Shown: in pieces, positions 57,410-64,000 of the stretch
Layout: each line of letters opens with the position of its first letter
Numbering within the stretch: the first letter of the stretch is position 1
NCBI GenBank assembly: GCA_964016885.1
Contig: OZ024743.1
Location: 294,128,001 to 294,192,000 of the forward strand
Reading direction: 5' to 3'
DNA length: 64,000 bases
DNA from: Eledone cirrhosa
Lineage: Eukaryota
The notes under the pieces: model-generated
Told to the model about the DNA's origin: nothing
Databases searched by the model: none
What the model saw: only the letters and a program-made list of their open reading frames with translations
Position numbers and translations under genes: made by a program

Positions 57410-58300
57410 TAAGATCGAAAGATGGTTAAAAGCGTTCCATGTATTTTATTATGCGCATTTCAAAAACAAATATCATCATGGGATGATATTTGCGTTCTCA
57501 TCAGATAAAATAAGGAGACATGATATGAAGCTTAAAAAACACTTGCGAGCAGTGAAGTGTTAAATCAACATATGAAAAATAAAGTAAGATGGATATATAA
57601 GATTGGGAAAAAAAGGAGGAGGGGGGGGGGAAGAAAAGGTAAGGAAGAGGAATAAAGAAAATAAAGGATGACGGGGGAGGAGTATAACAAGGAAGGATGA
57701 GAGAGGAGGAGAAATGAGTGTGAGAAAGAGAGAGAGATAGCCTTTAATACTGAGAAACACTGTCTCACAGAGAAAATAAAAAAAAAACGTTGTAAGATAA
57801 TACATAATTAAACAAAATATATTTTGAAATTAAAAGTTAATGAGGTTTATGAATGGTGATGTTTATGATTAAAGAAAAAGGAATTAAGAATAGTATTTAT
57901 TTAAGGTTTATATATTGAAGGGTTTAATAATACTTTATGGAAAGTTCTATGGGATGTATGCAAGCAGAGTGAAAATAAATCTGTACGTCTATTTATTATA
58001 GAATTAAAATTAGAGATAATGGTAAATTTCTCGGCTAGGCAGAGATTACATGTTCTGGAAAGGGAAGAATTTCGGTAAGGAGAGGCGCTGCAAACCTTCC
58101 TCCAAGAGATGTTGTAGTTAATATTTTTGTCTTTTAAGGACCATATGAGTTCTGAGAGTGCCTGGTTAGTTCTTTTAAGTTGGTATTTAATACCAACTTA
58201 AAAGAACTAACACGGCACTCTCAGAACTCATATGGTCCTTAAAAGGCAAAAATATTAACTACACCATCTCTTGGAGGAAGGTTTGCATTGCCTCTCCTTA
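57410..58300 (-). mobile_element. Penelope-type 3' fragment with about 110-bp fold-back at its 5' end
   Basis: Minus-strand GIY-YIG tail (ALSELIWSLKDKNINYNISWRKVC...CNLCLAEK). Palindrome 58077-58300 centred near 58189. Confidence 0.8.
57442..57512 (-). ncRNA. Type I hammerhead ribozyme, intact core
   Basis: Minus: tattttat CTGATGA gaac gcaaatatcatc ccat gatgatatttgt tttt GAA ATGCGCAT A ataaaata. 8-bp stem I. Confidence 0.88.
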
Positions 58301-59265
58301 TTATCACTAGCAAAGATAGTAGGAGCGTACACAATGACCAGAATCACAAAGCGGTTTTGACTCAGAGGGACTCTCATGGACATTATCCGATCATTGAATC
58401 CACAAGAAAGATTTTCCAGCTTTGAGACGATTCCATTCCTGACTGCTAATGCGACCCCTGCCTCTCTCCTACAACCCTCTGCTCCACCACTCCAATAGAA
58501 AGTATATCCTCCCTTCTGTTCTGTGAATTGACCCTCACCTGCCAATCTCGTTTCTGAAAGAGCAACGATGTCCATGCTATAGCGATCGAGTTCCCTCGAC
58601 CCCAAAGCAGATCTTCTTTCAGGGCGACTTTTACTGGACTGGGAATCCAGTAAAGTTCTTACATTCCAACATCCAATATTGAGAGGTTTGAACCTTCTTG
58701 CAGTTGTAGGATGACGACCGGGCCCACGCGGTGGTTCCATGGGACACCTGACGGGCCAGAACCCTTCACAATAAGTTCCAGAGCCCTTACTGCCATTGAC
58801 TTCAAGGTTATCATCTGTCATCACAGAATTTGGTGCACTTTTAGGCTACGGCCAGCCACACGAATCTGTAGGAGATCCTTAACAAGCGATGGCTGCGCTT
58901 TGAAGGTTTTTTTAAGTGGGGAAAGGCTTTGCACGCGACGACTCCGACTCTCTGAGCATCGAAAACACTACCCGAAAAGGAGAACTGGTCAACATTATCG
59001 GATGCTTCCAAAGCCGCAGGTTTTTTTCAGAGTTTCCCTCTCCTAGAAAGGTGTTGTGACAACAACGAGGGACCCTTCACTCGCAGGTAAAAAAAAAAGG
59101 AATATTTGGATGGCCGTTGACTCTGAGTTCCCCCGCCCTTTGCCAGGTCATGTATTTCATCCCGCAGGGTGTCCAAATATCACCCTACTCACCAAGTTTA
59201 TTACGACCATGAAACAGGTAGTACAGGGTTACATGTTACCAGTAGCACTCGAGAGCAACCTGACA
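58301..59265 (-). mobile_element. RTE (BovB-like) LINE 5' end: 5' UTR plus AP-endonuclease N-terminus, 3'-truncated
   Basis: ORF 58255-58824 LNIGCWNVRTLLD...RPERRSAL..ELDRY.MDIVALSETRLAGEG...GYTFYWSG...YAPT. Confidence 0.92.
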
Positions 59266-59309
59266 CATATGTATATATACATACATACAAACACACACAT
59301 ACACGTACA

Positions 59310-59359
<50 letters not shown>

Positions 59360-59948
59360 TACATACACACACATACACACACACACACACGAACATATAT
59401 ATATATATATTTGTATGTATGTATATGTATGTACATGGACGTGTATATATGTATGCATTCATATAAACATATATACATATATAATGTGTATGTGTGTCCA
59501 TGTGCATGCGTGTCTGTGCATAAACGTGTGTATGTTTCTATTTGCAAATTTTGTGTGTGTGGTCATATATATATACGTATATGGGCATGAAAACAAGACA
59601 TATTGTTGAATCATTAAATTTCCTGTATTTTTTTCTTTTCGGCTTGCAGGCTACAATTTTGTTTACGGTACCATCGATACGATGTAAATAATGCAGAATA
59701 TTTTCTCTATTTATTCGATGGAAAATAATTTTTTTTAAAAATAAATGAATGTAAATATCTACCGCCGAATGCAACTATTTTTTTCTAGAAAAGTAAAGGT
59801 TTTATTAAAACTACAAAATAGACATATTTTCAACACCTCAAGCAAAAACAGAAAAAAGCTGCATCTTATATATATGCTTCCGTGTTTACATTCTCCCCCC
59901 TCTCTCTCTCACTCTTTCTCACTCTCTATCTATCTATCTATATATATT

Positions 59949-59993
<45 letters not shown>

Positions 59994-60919
59994 GTATATA
60001 TACGAATGTATGCAAATATACACACATATGTGTATTTATAGGCATTTATATACCTGTTCTGGACAAAGCGGGCTTAATGAATGGAACAATTGACAATTGT
60101 CGATTTTAGTTAAGATGAATAGAGCTAATTGGCAAGATGCTATAACTCTACCTTTGTTCTTGCCTCTTCAGTATCACCAATAGCCTCGAGAAAAACGATT
60201 TTAATTGAAGAACAGCGGTTAACCAATGATTTTTAACTATCACTAGTTTCTAAAACAACAACCACCTTGAGAAACTGTGCAAGAAATATATCTCCAGTGC
60301 ACTCCTGAGAACAATATATATGATAAATCATGACGTGTTGGTACCTGTGTAGTTAACTTTATCAGCAGTTTTCTTTTGTTTCATTCTGCTTAGGGGCAAG
60401 AAAATTGGTTAAGATATGAATCTGTCAAATTGAATGCATTATAGCAGCCAAATGTTGCGAATCGTATGGAAATCAATTATCACGATTCTTCCCTCTCAGA
60501 TGAGATGAAGAGTTGGCAGTTCGTATCATTCATGTAACATCAATGGCGAGGAGTAGGCACCAAATTGTTATATTCTACTTCAATAACCGAATTAATTTTA
60601 CAGCAAATATATTTCATTTCTTATATAGATTCAATTCTCTAGGATTGATATGGATTATGAACAATGAGTCGACCGCAGTTTCATACCTGCCTCAAAGATA
60701 TAAGTGAAATAAATTCATGGCAAATATTAGAAACTTAATCAGATCAATTTTAATAAAATTTTCAAAATGTAGCGAACTGTGCTAAAAAGTAGTAGAAATT
60801 TAAAATGATATATGTATGTGCATGTATGTCCATGTCTTTTGGTGTTTTTCTTTAATTCCTCACCAACAGAGAGGGAGAGAGAGAGAGATATAGAGAAAGA
60901 GAAAGAGGGAGAGAGAGAA

Positions 60920-60960
<41 letters not shown>

Positions 60961-60967
60961 AAGGGGA

Positions 60968-61024
<57 letters not shown>

Positions 61025-61479
61025 GGTTTTTAACATAGGAACAAACCTCTTACCTTGGAATTTAGATAAGAACAACTAGATAATTATGTATGTCCGTCTG
61101 TATGCATGTATGAATGTCATTGTATGTGTGGATCATTATGTTTGGAGTTATATACTTATGTTTCTATATTTACATGACTATGTGCTAAATCCCAGGAATG
61201 TTTTACATATTTTTACAGTTCTATGAATGGACTTTTCCTATAATTACTTCATTCGTCTTGGCTAACTTTTTAATTAGCTCAACTACTCAAAATATCCCAA
61301 TAATCACAGTTACAAGTCTAAACGTATATACAGTGTTGAGTATCTGAGGATTTCGCATTAGTTCGGCATAAATGTTTATATTTTCGTTATTCTTTAACAC
61401 TATATTGACACCTGATGGGTATGTATGTATGCATGTATGTGTGCGTATGCATGAATGTATATATATATACATATATTAT

Positions 61480-61945
61480 GTCGGGTCACTCTTAAGTGCT
61501 ACTGGTAACATGTAACCCAATACAACCTGTCGCATGGTCGGGTCGTCGGCGACTAAACCGGCAACCCTACTAAGTTTACTTGGTGAGGAGGGTGATTTTG
61601 GACACCCTACAGGAGAAAAAAAAAACCTGAGAAAGGGCGGAAGAACTCATAAGAGTCAACGGCCATCCGAAAGTGTGTAAGTAAGTATGTATATACAAAT
61701 GTACCGCGCAGTTAAACCACTGGGACTGAAGGATCCCTAGCCATTGTCAGGGCATTCTTCTAGGAGAAGGCAACTCAGGAAACTGGGATAACTCCGATAT
61801 AAAACCTGCGGCTCAGTAGATACGGATGAATGTGATCTTTTCTTGTTTTCGGGTTATAGCTACTGTCGCCCAGAAAATAGGTTTGGCTCAGTGCACAGTC
61901 TTTCCTCACTTTAAAAAATATCTTCATGCCCAAGCATTGCACGAT
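61480..61945 (+). mobile_element. Solo RTE-type 5' UTR homologue
   Basis: Shares gtgctactggtaacatgtaaccc, ggacaccct, gagtcaacggccatcc and ctaggaga with the reverse complement of 58900-59262. Confidence 0.7.
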
Positions 61946-62090
61946 AGAATTAATTAATAATTATTAATAACGGTATATCGTACAATGGGCATAATCAATA
62001 ACGAGGGGGAAGCCATCATATATATATATATATATATAGAAAGGATGAATATAAAATGAAAGTGCTTTTGTTAAAAAAGGAATTTATTAG

Positions 62091-62209
62091 GTATTGACAT
62101 ATGTTTCTGTAACAGACCGAATACCTATGTATCGCTGCTTGCGTAATCATATAATGTTAGCAAGTATTCGATAGCAAATGTATAATCAGTTGTCACTTCT
62201 TCAGAGATT
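62091..62209 (-). ncRNA. Candidate hammerhead with about 90-nt stem II domain
   Basis: Minus: CTGAAGA a gtgaca...tgttac a GAA ACATATGT C. Stem I is poorly paired. Confidence 0.55.
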
Positions 62210-62677
62210 TTGGATAAACTGGATAAAATCAGAAAAATTGAAGTATTTATATTAGTAAAAGAGGAAGGAACAGAGGGGATAGAATATGACAGATGGTAAA
62301 ATAATTTACTGCTAAACAAGTATATAATGGGTTTTTAATGAGAATACCATGAGTAAATCTAAATAAGAATTTTGGGAGTGCCAATTTTAATCTCTACTTG
62401 ACCAACTGGACAGTGGACAGGGCTGGTCATTTGGTGCAGTAGTATTAATTATAAAGTGTCAATTGGGGAAGGGGGAGATTTCGATTGCTACTAAATAACA
62501 TCAATGCTAGTAGCCAGCTGGTATATGCATTAGGGAATTGAATCAAGAAATCAGAAATCTCATTTTATCTATAGCAGTTTGTATTAAAAGGTAAATAATA
62601 GAAGAGTTGATAGAATTAAGACTAATAAAGAATGTTCATATCTATTTTGACAATCAAACGGGGATAGAGACAGGCGT

Positions 62678-64000
62678 TCAATCCTGGTAGTATTTATAAT
62701 ATGAAAATGTAGATTTTAAGCGATGGTTACAGTATAACGATCGCTCTATTCTGTTATTTAATAAAATGTTTTTGGATTTCATAATACAAAATAATTCTAC
62801 ATTACATAATTTACAAAATTCCTGTCCATTGGATATGGGGGGACAGCCGCTATTATATCCCATTTTAGGTGAAATTGTTGGTTATTTTCACGCAGCTGCC
62901 AAGCCTTGTCTGCGAGTGTTGTTACATAACGCTGGTTTTCATGTTTTATCGAATAACGATGTCTATAAAGGCGTGATTTGAAGGAGGTGGCTGTAGATCC
63001 CACATAGTACCACTTCTGTCTATCCGATTCGATAGTACATTTGTATACGATGTTGCGTTCAAGACACTGATTGTTCAACGGACACATTCCTGGTTGGACA
63101 CAGTTGCAATTATAGTTTTGCGTTGTTGTATTGCCATGGATGGGTTGATGAGGTTGCTTATGTAGGACAGGATGTTGTTTGTTGTTTTGTGATGTTATAG
63201 CTAATGTTTTACGTGTATTGTTATGTGTTGGAAGGCGTTTATACAACCGTTTTGCGTTAAGCTTTTTTATATGTTGTTCAATATTAGGGGCGGTTGAATA
63301 TGAAAGTCGAATAGTGTTAGGGTTTAAGATTTTATTATATTTATGTGATGTTGGAAAGTGTTTTCTAACTAATCGAAAGAATTTTGAGGGTATATTGGTT
63401 TTAATAGATTTGTTATAGACCGGGTTGTACCAGATATACTCCCTACATCGCCTTCTGTTTGGTGGTGTGCGACTATTATTGTGTCTATTGCGGTAGTGTA
63501 TGTATGGTGGTGATTCTGTGCTATTTCTACTCCTATGTGATTTATTTTGGGTGTTTTGGTGATCTTTGACTATATACTCTATATTATCTAGGTGACCGGC
63601 TTTCCTAAGTGTATCATCATAATACTCGGCATGTTCTTTGAAGGTTTGTTGGTTGGACGATAGGCGGGAGATTCTAAGAGAAACGTTTCTAGGGATGGAT
63701 TTAATTATAGAGAGTGGATGGTTAGAACTCGTATCTACATATTTAAGGTTCTCATTTAGTTTATGGAACGGTTTAATCGTATCTGTATTGAGATTGAAAG
63801 TAACATCAAGGAAATTGACCTCTTTGAGGTTATATTCAAATGTAATATTTAATCCTAGTTCCTTAAAAAGTTTTCTGATATTTTTACGCATCCTTTCTAA
63901 ATTCTGGTTATTCATATGCTTAACTAATAGGAGCGCATCGTCACGGTAAATTCCACCGTGGAGATCCTTGAATTTTCCTTGTAATCTGTGGGTGATATAA
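62678..64000 (-). CDS. PLE RT C-terminus/thumb plus GIY-YIG endonuclease (partial; frameshift near 62850)
   Basis: VNFLDVTFNL, SNHP, WYNP, CNC...CPLNNQC, IVYKC...YYVGST. CKLCNVE...LLNNR is in a shifted frame. Confidence 0.8.

Larger units (their letters stand above)
62040..64000 (-). mobile_element. Penelope-like retroelement running off the window end
   Basis: GIYRDDAL at about 63935-63955, then ORF 62797-63915 and 3' UTR with HHR. Ends at (TA)n. Confidence 0.93.

Noticed and set aside
60118-60175. Minus CTGAAGA ggcaaga...tcttgcc hammerhead-like motif
   Set aside because: Stem II is good but GAAA is missing. At best a dead remnant.

Overview
AT-rich, microsatellite-dense eukaryotic DNA with no host gene I can recognise. 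The SINE and repeat content looks cephalopod (Octopus-like); this is inference. The window is a transposon graveyard dominated by Penelope-like elements (PLEs; Penelope/Poseidon-type and Neptune-type RT plus GIY-YIG), with CR1, RTE and CRE-clade LINE fragments, two Helitron 3' ends and many tRNA-derived SINEs. Most ORFs in the track are microsatellite artefacts. The strongest hidden signal is non-coding. I folded by eye about 15 type I hammerhead ribozyme (HHR) motifs on both strands. Most have a family-specific palindromic stem III, some have the compensatory U3-A8 core, and a few appear to carry an insert 5' of the core. Several lie in ORF-less, terminally redundant inserts (units of 304, 474 and about 647 nt) next to (TA)n tracts. 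This fits a retrozyme-like family of circular, self-cleaving RNAs mobilised by PLE reverse transcriptase. Fold-back structures are frequent: a 4-kb PLE palindrome with an HHR near each end, (TA)n-centred palindromes and a twin-priming-like inversion. All folds and alignments are manual and unverified computationally.
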